A DNA stretch of 64,000 nucleotides, from contig CAWANJ010000002.1 in assembly GCA_963783385.1 (NCBI GenBank), positions 96,001-160,000 on the forward strand, given 5' to 3'. Both the position numbers and the translations under genes were made by a program. This DNA comes from an uncultured Gemmatimonadales bacterium (lineage in GTDB: Bacteria; Gemmatimonadota; Gemmatimonadetes; Palauibacterales; Palauibacteraceae). The notes under the pieces are model-generated. The model did no database searches. It worked only from the letters and a program-made list of their open reading frames with translations, and was not told the DNA's origin. Positions 1-9,932 of the stretch are shown one piece after another (positions within the stretch are counted from its first letter, which is position 1; each line of letters starts with the position of its first letter).

Positions 1-8
1 CTCGCGTC

Positions 9-1140
9 CTAGGCGGACCGTTCCTCAGGGGTGCGCGCCGGCAGAGCGGAGGACGTAACGGTGGGATCTGGGGAGCGAGGATTGGGAACAAGCCGTCCGG
101 GCAGTCTCGGCGTCGGGGGGCGCGGGTCCACCCGGCGGATGGCGTAGCCGACGTTGGGCAGCGGGTGGGCGAAAACGTGGGATACGGCCCAGCCGCAAAT
201 GCAGCGCTGGCATTCGAGGCCGAACATTGATTTGGCCTCGGCGCTGGCGACGGACGCTTCGAGGATTCCGGATACAGGCCGTTCGAGGACATTCCCGAGC
301 GGTTCCTTCTGGTAGCATCCGAGCGTGAGATCGCCGTTGGAGCGAATGAGAATCGAGATGAATCCGTGCACACAATGACGCATTGGATAGCGCCTATGAA
401 GCAGGTACTCCCTGCAGCCGTCAGCGAGCGATGCGGAAGATATCCTGCTTCGACCAGTGCCTGCAGAACCCTTTCCACGTCCTTCTCGGTGGGCCAGAGA
501 GCGTGGATGCCCTCTCGCGCCGCGGAGGAGCTGGCGTAAGGCAGATCGAACGATGGGAGGTTCACATCGAGGAGGTAGTTCCTGGACTTGCAGATCTGGA
601 TGAGACCGTGAATATCGCTCGCCAGCTGGTTGGTGAGCAGGGTGGCTAGCTTGATGCGCTTGTCCTGGATCAGGGTCAGGTTCCGCAGGACGCGATCGAA
701 GTAACCGGGTACGCCGCGGATCGCATTGTTGGTATCTGCGAGGTCGTCGATTGACACCGTCAGGTTGGTAATGCACGAGCGGTTGACTTCGCCCGCGAAC
801 CGATCGAGGAGCAACCCGTTGGTGGCCAGTATGATTCGTTCGAACCCAAGTGGCGCCGCGTGTTCCAGAACGGCGAAGAGATCCCTGCGGAGGAGAGGTT
901 CGCCTCCGAGGAAGCGGAGGGTACCGACACCCAGCTGCCGGAGTTCTTCGACTAGCGTCTCGGCGCGCTCCTGTGTGATCGGACTCGGGTTGCTTGTTCG
1001 CCAGTAGTCACACATACGGCAGCGTGACTGGCAGTTTTCGGTGAGGTTGACGGTCGCGACGTGCGGCTTCAAGTGTTTCGGAGGCTCGTCGCATTCCCGA
1101 CGACCGTGGACCATAGAAGTCGGGCTTCGTAGAGACCCAT
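9..1140 (-). CDS. Radical SAM protein with C-terminal SPASM/Twitch-like domain (apparent frameshift near 435; start at 1140 or 1114)
   Basis: Manual translation of the minus strand gives VATVNLTENCQSRCRMCDYW (CxxxCxxC), LRFLGGEPLLR and ILATNGLLL. The C-terminus continues in ORF 9..776 as HCVHGF..IRSNGDLTLGC..PLGNV..CQRCIC. Adding one C at cttccgca (about 435) joins the two frames. In-frame ATG at 1114; ATG at 1140 needs a second indel near 1078. Confidence 0.8.
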
Positions 1141-1473
1141 GCGCACATTAGACCTTCGGCGGGAGTTCGACACGAACCGACGCGGACCCGCTACGTGGGG
1201 CGGCCGGTATCGAGCCGCGAGGCGTCCAACGTTGCCTTCGAGCTGCAAGGTTTCTGCCGAGCGGCGTCTGTGCGACGCAAGTCATGATAGATCAAGGAGA
1301 TGGTCGGGATAGCATCGCCTCTGTCGGCCCGTCGCGCAGGAGTCTTTTTCGAGAACTGTCGCCATGGCGCTACGGCGCCCCGGTAACACTGGAGTCGGCT
1401 GGAGCCGGGTTCTGGAGCGGTGGAGTCCAGCGTCCGCCGAAGGATCGTCCGTCTCGTGCGGCGGGCCCGTGGC

Positions 1474-2122
1474 TCACGCCGTCGCCCGCTCCAGCAGTTT
1501 CCGCCGCCTGGCGAGCTCCCTCCGGAACTCCTTCGCCCGGCGTACCTGCTCCAGGAGCTCCCGGAGGGCTTGGACGCGGCCACGGAGCAGGGACCCGGCC
1601 AGCGCCCTGAGCACCGGAGCGACCTCGTCCCGGCCCCAGTAGTAGTGCGGCAGCGCCTCCACGTCCCTGGCCCGCCACCAGCGCTCCAGGCCCGGACCGG
1701 CGCCCCGGCGGAAGTAGTAGCGCTCCTTGATCGTGCCGCGGACCTTGCCGACCGGCTCCCGGTCCTCGATGAGCGAGGCCGTGACCGGGTCCCGCGACAG
1801 GCTTTCGCGCAGGGCTTCCAGCGGACGATGGCGCCACGTTCGGCCCCTCGGCATGGACGCCGACCGCCCGGTCTCCGTCGAACACGACCTCCGTGACCCG
1901 CGTTCGGTCCCGCAGCTCGGCGCCCGCCTCGACCGCCGTCCGCTGCAGGATCCCGTCCAGCCGCTCGCGTCGCGGGCAGCACTCGACGCGTCCCTCGCCG
2001 AAGCCGGTGTCCACGCAGGCGTCACCCTTGCCAATGCGGGCGCGCCGGGCCGGGCGCACCTCCGCCAGCACGTCCCCGGCCACCCCCAGCTCGGCGAGCA
2101 TGTCGAAGTGGGGTCGGGCCAC
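1474..2122 (-). pseudogene. Degraded NAD(P)/FAD-dependent oxidoreductase (geranylgeranyl reductase-like) remnant
   Basis: Family-like segments lie in two frames: CPRRERLDGILQRTAVEAGAELRDRTRVTEVVFDGDRAVGV, then GKVRGTIKERYYFRRGAGPG and LERWWRARDVEALP. The N-terminal GxGxxG, the GADG motif and the LVGDA segment are absent. Confidence 0.6.
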
Positions 2123-2191
2123 AGGTCGTCCTGGCCGAACGTCGAGCGAACGGATCTCCTTCGGCGAAGGTCGAGAGAGCGGCGCCGCGGC

Positions 2192-2902
2192 CTACACTAC
2201 GGCGCCGAACAGACGGCCAATGGCGGCGGTGACCGCCATGGCGAAGGCGCCCCAGAAGGTGACGCGCAGGACGCCGCGGACGATGGGGGCACCGCCGGCC
2301 CCGGCCGCCAACCCCCCGAGCAGGGCCAGGCAGGCCAGCGACACGGCCGATACACCGACGACGAGCCCGGAGGGGGAAAGCACGGCGGCCGTCACCAGCG
2401 GCAGCGCCGCTCCCGCGGCGAAGGTGGCGGACGAGGCGGCGGCCGCCTGGACGGGACGGGCCCTGTGCACCGTCGAGATGCCGAGCTCGTCCCGGGTGTG
2501 CGCGCCCAGCGCGTCCGTCGCCATGAGCTGGTCCGCGACCCGGCCGGCGAGCTCGGGGTCGAGCCCGCGCTTCACGTAAATGGAACGCAGTTCCTCGCGC
2601 TCGGGTCCGGGCATCGCCTCCAGCTCACGGCGCTCGCGGGCCACGTCGGCCCTCTCCGTATCGGCCTGGGAGCTGACGGAGACGTACTCGCCGGCCGCCA
2701 TCGACATGGCCCCCGCCACGAGTCCCGCCACGCCCGCGACCATGATGCCGCTCCGGCTCGCGTCGGCGGCCGCCACGCCCACGAGGAGGCTGGCCGTGGA
2801 TACAATGCCGTCGTTGGCGCCGAGGACGGCCGCGCGCAGCCAGCCAATGCGCCCGCTGCGGTGGCGCTCGGCGTGGCGGGCGAGCGGGTTGCGCGGGCTC
2901 AT
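2192..2902 (-). CDS. VIT1/CCC1 family Fe/Mn transporter
   Basis: WLRAAVLGANDGIVS and GAMSMAAGEYVSVSSQAD signatures. Confidence 0.92.
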   Translation of the reverse strand: MSPRNPLARHAERHRSGRIGWLRAAVLGANDGIVSTASLLVGVAAADASRSGIMVAGVAGLVAGAMSMAAGEYVSVSSQADTERADVARERRELEAMPGPEREELRSIYVKRGLDPELAGRVADQLMATDALGAHTRDELGISTVHRARPVQAAAASSATFAAGAALPLVTAAVLSPSGLVVGVSAVSLACLALLGGLAAGAGGAPIVRGVLRVTFWGAFAMAVTAAIGRLFGAVV

Positions 2903-2941
2903 GCGGCTTCCATCAAGGAGCTGGCCGGGCGCGGTCGGTGA

Positions 2942-4105
2942 TCACGGCTTCTCCTTCACCATCACCTCGACCGTGGCGCGCGTGCGCTCCCACGCGAAGG
3001 CAATGGAGCCCTCGCCCGCCTCGCCACCCGCCACCGTGACGGTGAAGCGCTCGACGGGCCGGTCCGAGCGCGTCACGGTGAGCGGCACCCGGACGAGGTC
3101 CTGGTCCGGGTCGTACTCGGTGCCCCACTGACCGTGCTGGCGGTTGATGATCAGGGTCCAGCCGTCCCGCTGTGGGATCGCCCACAGCGAGTAGCTGCCG
3201 GCCGGAACAGGCTGGTTTCCGATCACCAGGTCGTGGTCGGTGATGAGCTGGGTGGCCGCGTTCGCGCCGATGCGCCACACCTGGCCGTAGGGGACGATGC
3301 CCCCGAAGACCCTGCGGCCGCGCATCGACGGACGGCCGTAGTCCACCGAGACCGTGGCGCTCCCGATCTCCGCGCTCGCGGTGTCCCGCGGGGAGAGCGA
3401 TCCTGGCTGTGGCCGGGTCGCCCAGGCCCTCTCGTGGGCCGCCAGGTCCACGGATGGCACGCGCTCGACGGCGTACTTGGTCGTGCTCCCCGTCATGTCG
3501 AAGGCCTTCACGGTCCCGTCGGCCCCGAGATCCGCGCGGCCGCTCCCCCACTCGTCGGCGCTGAAGTCCACGGCGGAGGGGCCGGCGCGGCGGAAGGTGA
3601 TGGGCAGCAGGCTCCGGCCCGCCAGCGTCTGGACGGTGGCGGTGTCGGCCGATCCCGCCGCGAAGCGGCGCGCGGCCACGTCCCAGAAGGCGAACAGGTC
3701 CTCGAAGAAGGGCAGAGGCCGGTCGCCGCCCGTGGCCACCGCCAGGCGGCGCGTCGTGCTGTCGCGGCGGACCTCGACCCTGACGCTGTCCGCCCCGTAG
3801 GCGTAGTCGGCGACGGTCGAGGGCGCCGCGCCCGCCGCACCCACTTCCAGGTGCAGGTGCCGGATGCGGCCGTCGGCTCCGAACACGGCGCGGTACGATC
3901 GGACGCGGGCGGTCGGGTAGGCCGTGAGGCTCGAGCCCGACAGCGTGTCTCCCGTCCAGGCGTAGCTTTCGAAGGCGACCGTGTCCCGGCCGAGCGTGGC
4001 CACGAACGAGCCGTTCGGCGGGGCCTGGGCGGCGGCGGGCGCCGAGAGGCCGACCAGAAGGACGACGCCGAGCGACGGAAGGCGGGTCCGCGTGTGCGAG
4101 GGCAT
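2942..4105 (-). CDS. Secreted DUF2911 domain-containing protein
   Basis: Signal peptide after GGAGG-ATG at 4105. C-terminal SPRDT..VDYGRPSMRGRRVFGGIVPYGQVWRIGANAAT..QWGTEYD. Confidence 0.85.
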   Translation of the reverse strand: MPSHTRTRLPSLGVVLLVGLSAPAAAQAPPNGSFVATLGRDTVAFESYAWTGDTLSGSSLTAYPTARVRSYRAVFGADGRIRHLHLEVGAAGAAPSTVADYAYGADSVRVEVRRDSTTRRLAVATGGDRPLPFFEDLFAFWDVAARRFAAGSADTATVQTLAGRSLLPITFRRAGPSAVDFSADEWGSGRADLGADGTVKAFDMTGSTTKYAVERVPSVDLAAHERAWATRPQPGSLSPRDTASAEIGSATVSVDYGRPSMRGRRVFGGIVPYGQVWRIGANAATQLITDHDLVIGNQPVPAGSYSLWAIPQRDGWTLIINRQHGQWGTEYDPDQDLVRVPLTVTRSDRPVERFTVTVAGGEAGEGSIAFAWERTRATVEVMVKEKP

Positions 4106-4261
4106 GGGTCCTCCCCGAAGCGTGGTGAAGCTCACCCTAGTGTGCCCCAGGAACGACGGCAACCGGCCCGTGGATCCCGCGGCGAGCACGTCGGAAGCAG
4201 GTCCGGTCCGCGCCGCCCGTCCACGCCACGGCCGGGGTGCCGTCCCGCCCGCGACTCCGCG

Positions 4262-5236
4262 CTACTGGTGCCCCTGGACCTCCCGCGGGCGGTAGGGGGC
4301 CTCGAGCCGCTCGATCTCCGCCTCGTCCAGCTCGAGGTCGAGCGCCTCCACGGCCTGCTCGAGATGGGGCATCTTCGTGGCGCCGACGATCGGCGCGGTC
4401 ACGCCCTCCTGCGCCAACAGCCAGGCGAGCGCCACCTGGGCGCGCGTCGCGCCGCGCTCCTCGGCCACCTCGCCCACCGCGCGCTGGATGGCCTCGCGCT
4501 CGGGGAAGTCGTACATGCGGCGCGAGAAGTCGTCCGTCTCGCCGCGCTCGGTGGCCTCGCGCTCGGCCGGCGGACGGGCCAGGTAGCCCCGAGCCAGCGG
4601 GCTCCACGGCACCATGCCGATCCCGTCCTCGCGGCACAGGGGCGCCATCTCCCGCTCCTCCTCGCGGTACAGGAGGTTCCAGTGGTTCTGCATGGACACG
4701 AACCGGGTCCAGCCGTTCATGTCGGCCACGTGCTGGGCGCGCGCGAACTGATACGCGTACATGCTCGAGGCGCCGATGAAGCGCACGTAGCCGGCGCGCA
4801 CGCAGTCGTGCAGCGCCTCCATGGTCTCCTCGATGGGCGTCCCGTAGTCCCAGCGGTGGATCTGGTACAGGTCAATGTAGTCGACATCGAGGCGGCGGAG
4901 GGAGTCGCGCACCGAGTCCAGGATGTGCTTCCTCCCCAGCCCGCCCCGGTTGGGCCGGTCGGCGTGGGGAAAGTAGACCTTGGTCGCGATCACGACCTCG
5001 TCCCGGCGGGCCATCTCACCGAGGAGCTTCCCGGTCACCTCCTCGCTCACGCCGCGTGAATACATGTCGGCCGTGTCCAAGTAATTGATCCCGAGCTCGA
5101 GGGCTCGCTCCACGAACGGGCCGGCGTCCTCCTCCCCCAGGACCCAGGAGCGCCACTCCGGGTCGCCGTAGCTCATCATCCCGAGGCACAGGCGCGAGAC
5201 CTCGAGGCCGGTGTCGCCGAGCTTCACGTACTCCAT
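4262..5236 (-). CDS. Aldo/keto reductase (YajO/aryl-alcohol dehydrogenase-like)
   Basis: LEVSRLCLGMMSYG, DTADMYS, IATKV, YIDLYQIHRWD and PWSPLARG motifs. Confidence 0.93.
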   Translation of the reverse strand: MEYVKLGDTGLEVSRLCLGMMSYGDPEWRSWVLGEEDAGPFVERALELGINYLDTADMYSRGVSEEVTGKLLGEMARRDEVVIATKVYFPHADRPNRGGLGRKHILDSVRDSLRRLDVDYIDLYQIHRWDYGTPIEETMEALHDCVRAGYVRFIGASSMYAYQFARAQHVADMNGWTRFVSMQNHWNLLYREEEREMAPLCREDGIGMVPWSPLARGYLARPPAEREATERGETDDFSRRMYDFPEREAIQRAVGEVAEERGATRAQVALAWLLAQEGVTAPIVGATKMPHLEQAVEALDLELDEAEIERLEAPYRPREVQGHQ

Positions 5237-5258
5237 GCGCTCCCCGCTCCCCTATTGT

Positions 5259-5270
5259 CTACAAGTGTAG
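5259..5270. promoter_or_regulatory. CTACA-N2-TGTAG palindrome, candidate BlaI/MecI/CopY-type operator upstream of the aldo/keto reductase
   Basis: ctacaagtgtag is a 5+5 inverted repeat in an AT-rich patch 22 bp upstream of the ATG at 5236. It matches the TACAnnTGTA core. Confidence 0.4.
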
Positions 5271-5380
5271 TCGATCTCCGGCGATGACCCGGCGGCCCGC
5301 GCGGTTGGCCGGCCGCGCCCGCAGGTGGGAGCAAGGTTGGTGCCCGTTCTACGGGAGGACCCCGCGGCGGGCCGCCGCGA

Positions 5381-5410
5381 GCCCGGCGGGAAGATCCTCC
5401 CCCGCCGGGC
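5381..5410 (-). terminator. GC-rich hairpin downstream of the OmpA-family gene
   Basis: gcccggcggg/cccgccgggc forms a 10-bp perfect stem 17 bp past the stop. There is no U-tract. Confidence 0.35.
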
Positions 5411-5427
5411 CCGGGCGAGTCAGGCCG

Positions 5428-6741
5428 TCACTGCTTGACCAGCTCGACCCGGCGGTTGTTCTGACGTCCCTCGGGCGTGGCGTTCGTGTCGACCGGCTTC
5501 GTGTCGCCGAAGCCCTTGGTGGCGAGCCTCGCCGCGTCGACGTGGAAGTGGTCCACCAGGTATCGCTTGACGGCGGCGGCCCTGCGCTCCGACAGGGTCT
5601 GGTTGGACGCGGCGTCGCCCACGTTGTCCGTATGTCCCTCGATGAGGAGCTTCAGGTCGGGGTGCCCGGTCAGCATGTCCCCGATCTCCTTCAGGGTGGG
5701 GGTGGACTCGCCCTCGATCCGGTCCGAGCCCGAGGCGAACAGGATGCCGTGCGTCGAGACGCGGCCGGCGGAGGCCAGCGCGTCGTACAGCGGCTTGCCT
5801 CCCTCGGCCACCCGGATGTCCGTGAGGAGCGTCGGGTGCTGCTCGTCCGGGGCCGCCGGGAGCCTGACCTGGAGCTGGTTCGTCCGGGTGAACACGAGGC
5901 CGTTGAGCTGGCCGACGCGCCGCGAGTCGAGGTACGCCTTCACGTAGCCCTTGTCGAAGCTGAACCGGCACTGCACGAAGTCGTTGTCGCCGATGCCGGT
6001 CACGTCCTGCTCGGAGTGCTTCTGCCCGTGCGCACCCTCGCCCTCGACGCCGCCCGACGCGTGGTAGCACCACACGTCCATGGGGTGGTCGGTGCCCTGT
6101 CCGAGGCGGATGACCATGGAATTCGTGCCGCTCGTCGGAGCCCAGTAGGTGGCCTCGATCGTGAACCGGTCCGGGAGCGTGTCCGGCAGGTCGATCCAGA
6201 AGGTGGCGCCGGTCGTGGTGTGCAGGTACTTGTGCCCCTTGATCTCCACGACGCTGGCGTTGCCGTCGGTGACGTCCTCGTGGCTCGGGAGATCGCCGAC
6301 GTGGTCGGCGGAGAAGTCGTCGAAGAAGATCACCTTGTCGCCGGGCACGAAGTCGTAGTTGAGCCACACACCGCTCCCGGGCGGGGCGCTCGAGTCGGAC
6401 GCCGCGCCGGCCGAGCCGGCGGCGGAGCCGCCCGGCTTCCCCTGCAGGTCGGGTTGGTCGGCGACCGGCTTCCCGGACTTGTCCACGTACTTGACCTGCT
6501 TGCCGGCGGCGTGCACCCGGTCGATGCAGTTCGTGTCGGTGACGCGGCACGTGATCACGTCCTCGCCGGTGGCGAGCAACGAGTCGATCGCCTGGTCGGA
6601 GAGGTCTCCGACCTGCTGCTCGGCCGCGTCGGAGGCTTTCTGCTTCAACTTCTTGAAGATCCCCTGTCCGTGGGCGGGCAATGCGAGGCCCAGGGCGAGC
6701 ACGGCGACGGCGGTGAGCGAACGGGCGAGGATTCGGTTCAT
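5428..6741 (-). CDS. OmpA-family peptidoglycan-binding protein with N-terminal beta-rich domain
   Basis: Signal peptide MNRILARSLTAVAVLALGLALPAHG and NYDFVPGDKVIFFDDFS. C-terminal IEGHTDNVG..NQTLSERRA..GRQNNRRVELVK. Confidence 0.9.
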   Translation of the reverse strand: MNRILARSLTAVAVLALGLALPAHGQGIFKKLKQKASDAAEQQVGDLSDQAIDSLLATGEDVITCRVTDTNCIDRVHAAGKQVKYVDKSGKPVADQPDLQGKPGGSAAGSAGAASDSSAPPGSGVWLNYDFVPGDKVIFFDDFSADHVGDLPSHEDVTDGNASVVEIKGHKYLHTTTGATFWIDLPDTLPDRFTIEATYWAPTSGTNSMVIRLGQGTDHPMDVWCYHASGGVEGEGAHGQKHSEQDVTGIGDNDFVQCRFSFDKGYVKAYLDSRRVGQLNGLVFTRTNQLQVRLPAAPDEQHPTLLTDIRVAEGGKPLYDALASAGRVSTHGILFASGSDRIEGESTPTLKEIGDMLTGHPDLKLLIEGHTDNVGDAASNQTLSERRAAAVKRYLVDHFHVDAARLATKGFGDTKPVDTNATPEGRQNNRRVELVKQ

Positions 6742-6977
6742 GGTGGACGCCCTCCGGGGCTGTTGCGGGTCGTGGCCGTGGCGGCGTACCCAGTGGCGGA
6801 GACGCCTGCCGCGGCCGTGGCTCGCGCGCACCTTGCCGCGAACCCCCCTCGTGTCGTTTCTTTGAGACGGCGAAGGGCGGCCGTATCCGGAACGGGCCGG
6901 ACCCGGCTGCCTCCGCTCGTCCGTCCGGTTCACGGTGCCAGGGGCGGGTCAGACCCCCCTCAACCGATGTCAAACGC

Positions 6978-9903
6978 TTGAGCGACCAAGATTTCAGGCT
7001 CCTGACGCTGGGTGGGGATGGAACTGCTGGGCCCGGATGGCGAGCGGGTCGCGCCCCTCTCGCGTCGGCCCCGCAAGCTCGCGCTCCTCACGGTTCTGGC
7101 CCTGGCGCCACGCCCCGTGGCGCGCGACGCGCTGGCCGAGATGTTCTGGGGTGGGAAGGCCCAGCGGCGGGCCCGGCACTCGCTCAGTGATGCCCTCTCC
7201 GAGATCCGCCGGGTGTTGGGACCTGGATCCGTGGAGACCCGGGGCGACACGGTGGCCCTGGCCGCGACCGCGCCTCTCGAAGTGGATGCCCTGCTGTTCG
7301 AGGCTTGCTGCGGAGTCGAGGACTGGGCGCGGGCGACCGCGCTGTACGGCGGCTCCTTCCTGGACTGCGTCTTCATCGGGGATGCGCCGAGCTTCGAGAC
7401 CTGGTCGAGCGGCCACGCCGCGCGGCTCGAGCGCATGTTCGCGGCGGCGTGCGAGGCCCAGCTGGAGCGGCTCGGGAAGGCGGGTCGGTGGGAGGCGTCC
7501 GCCGCGCTGGCGAGCCGCTGGCTCGCGGCCCAGCCCCTGGCGCCCGAGCCGGCGCTGCGGCTCCTGGCCGCCCTTCGGGCGCCCGCGACGCCGGCGGCCG
7601 AGCGAGCGGCCCTGGACGCGCACGACCGGCTGGCCGCGCGACTTCTCCGGGAGTACGATCGCGCGCCCGATCCCCGTGTCCTCGCGGTCGCGGCCGAGGT
7701 CCGCCGCGCCCTGGCGGCACCCCCCGAAGCGCCACCGGCGGCTTTCCCGCTGTCGGCCCCGGCGCCCGCGAGCGCAGCCGCCGCGCCCGCGCCGTCCACC
7801 GGCGATGGAGGCGCGTCGCGTCGCGGCCGCCGGCGCGCGGGCGGCGCGCCCCGCCGCTGGCTCGGAGCGATCGGTCTCGTCGGCCTGCTGTCGCTGGGCG
7901 TCACCGGCTGGGAGCTGGCCCGACCCGGGCACGGGCCAGCGGCGCCCGCTCGTCCTCTCGTGGCCGTCCTCGACATCCGGGACCTTCTGGGCGACACGGC
8001 CGCGTCGTGGGTCGGCGAGGGACTGACTCAGATGATCGCTTCCGACCTGTCTCGAAGCCCGGCGATCGAGGTCGTGGCGCCCGAGCGAGTTCGCCGGGCC
8101 GGGGAATCCGTGGCCGGCGTCGACGGGACCGGGCTCAGGGAGTCCCCGTCCGCACGTGTGGGCCGGGCGTTGGGGGCGAGTTGGGTGTTGACCGGCGGCC
8201 TCACCCGCGGCGACACGACCTACGTTCTGGACGTCGATCTGCACGAGGTCGAAACCGGACGGTCGCTGGGGCTCTTCACGGTCACGGGCAGGACCCTGCC
8301 GGCCCTCGCCGACCGTGCGTCCGCTCGCGTGATCGCGGCCGCGGATGGCCGCGAGCCGGGGCCTCACCTCGCCGACGTGGAAACCGGCAGCCTCGAGGCC
8401 TACCAGCACTTCGTGCGGGCGGAGCAGGCGCTGGGCGAGGGGCGGGAGGTGGAGGCGCGAGCCGAGCTCGACCGCGCCATCGCCCTCGATTCGGGCTTCG
8501 TCTCCGCCCTCGCCGAGCGCATGCGCATCGCCTGGGGGGAGGCGGATGGCCTCACGCTGGGTCGTCTCTCGGGAGCGTTCGGGCGAGCGAGAGGGAGGGC
8601 GACTACGTGGGATCGGCTCGAGCTGGACACCTACGCCGCGGTGCACGGGGGCGATCCGTGGCGAGGCGAGGCACGCGCCCGGGAGCTCCTGGCGCGGTAT
8701 CCGCACGATCCCCGTGCCTACGTCATTCTCGCCGGTGTGCTGCAGGACCTGGGGGACTGGTGGGCGGCCGACTCGGTGCTACACCGGGAGCTGGCTCTCG
8801 ACTCGACCGGCGCGCGAGGCTCGGGGCGAGCGTGCGCGCCGTGCTCCGCCTTCGGGGGGCTCGCGACGGATGCGATCCAGGAGGGACGGCTGTCGGCGGC
8901 CGAGCGGGCGGCGCGCTCGTGGGTGACCGCCAGGCCCTATCTGCCGGCGGCATGGTCGGCGCTGGCCTCGACCCTGGCGGCCGAGGGCGCGTTCGACAGG
9001 GCCCTGGAAGCGGCGCGCAGGGCACGGACGCTCGCGCCGGCCGATCCGGTCTATGGGGACCACCTGGTTCGCGTGCTGCTGGCCGCGAGACGCTACACGG
9101 CCGCCGACACGGCGATCGCGCGCATGAGCCGCGCGACCGACCGGCAGACTCGTGACGACGCGATCGACCTGAGGGCGCTGCTCGAGCGCGAGCGCGGCCA
9201 GCTTCGGGCCTCGGTCCGCACGCTCGAGGCCGGGCGACGCGAAGATCCGCGGGGGCTGGGGATCCTCGGGTTCGAGGAGGCGAGCAGCCTCGCGGAGCTG
9301 GGTGACTACGCCGCCGCCGTGCGGGTCGACGAAACGCTCACCCGCGGTGAGCCCGGCTCGGCCGCGCCGGACAGTTCCGTCACACCGGTCAGCGGGCTGG
9401 TGGGAGGGCGTGCCAGGGCGTTCTGCTGGAGCCACGCGCTCGAGGCGGAAGCGCTGGCGGGTTCGGACGATACGCTTCGCCTCCACGCCCTGGCGGACTC
9501 GATCGGACAGGCCGCGTCGCGGAGCTACTATGGCCGGGACCGGGTGCTCTCCTACCACGTTCTCGGTCTGATCGCCGAGATCGGAGGGCGTCTCGCCGAG
9601 GCGGAACGGGACTTCCGCCGAGCGAAGTGGGGCTACGCGGGATGGACGTCGACGCTCGTGCACCTGGCGCGGGTTCAGCTCCAGCTGCACGACCCGGACG
9701 ACGCGGTCGAGACGCTGCGCGAGGCCTACGCCGCGCCCCTGGACGCCATGGGGCGCTACGTGCCTCGAAGCGAGCTAGACCTGTGGATGGCGCAAGCGTT
9801 CCGCGCGGCGGCCCGTCCCGACAGCGCCGCGGTCTACCGGGGCTACGTCGCGAGGGCGTGGCGACAGGCGGACCCCGAGGTCAGGGCCCGACTCGCGCGC
9901 TGA
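6978..9903 (+). CDS. Membrane-anchored BTAD (SARP-type) transcriptional regulator with TolB_N-like and TPR extracytoplasmic region (apparent +1 indel at about 7014-7017)
   Basis: TTG at 6978 gives MSDQDFRLLTLGG, and removing one G from gggg joins it to MELLG..RPRKLALLTVLALA..RDALAEMFWG..ARHSLSDALSEIRRVLG..LYGGSFL..FETW. One TM segment (WLGAIGLVGLLSLGVTGW) is followed by ETGSLEAYQHF and TPR-like repeats. Confidence 0.85.
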
Positions 9904-9932
9904 CGCTCGCGGCCTCGTCCCGCGGCTCGGCC

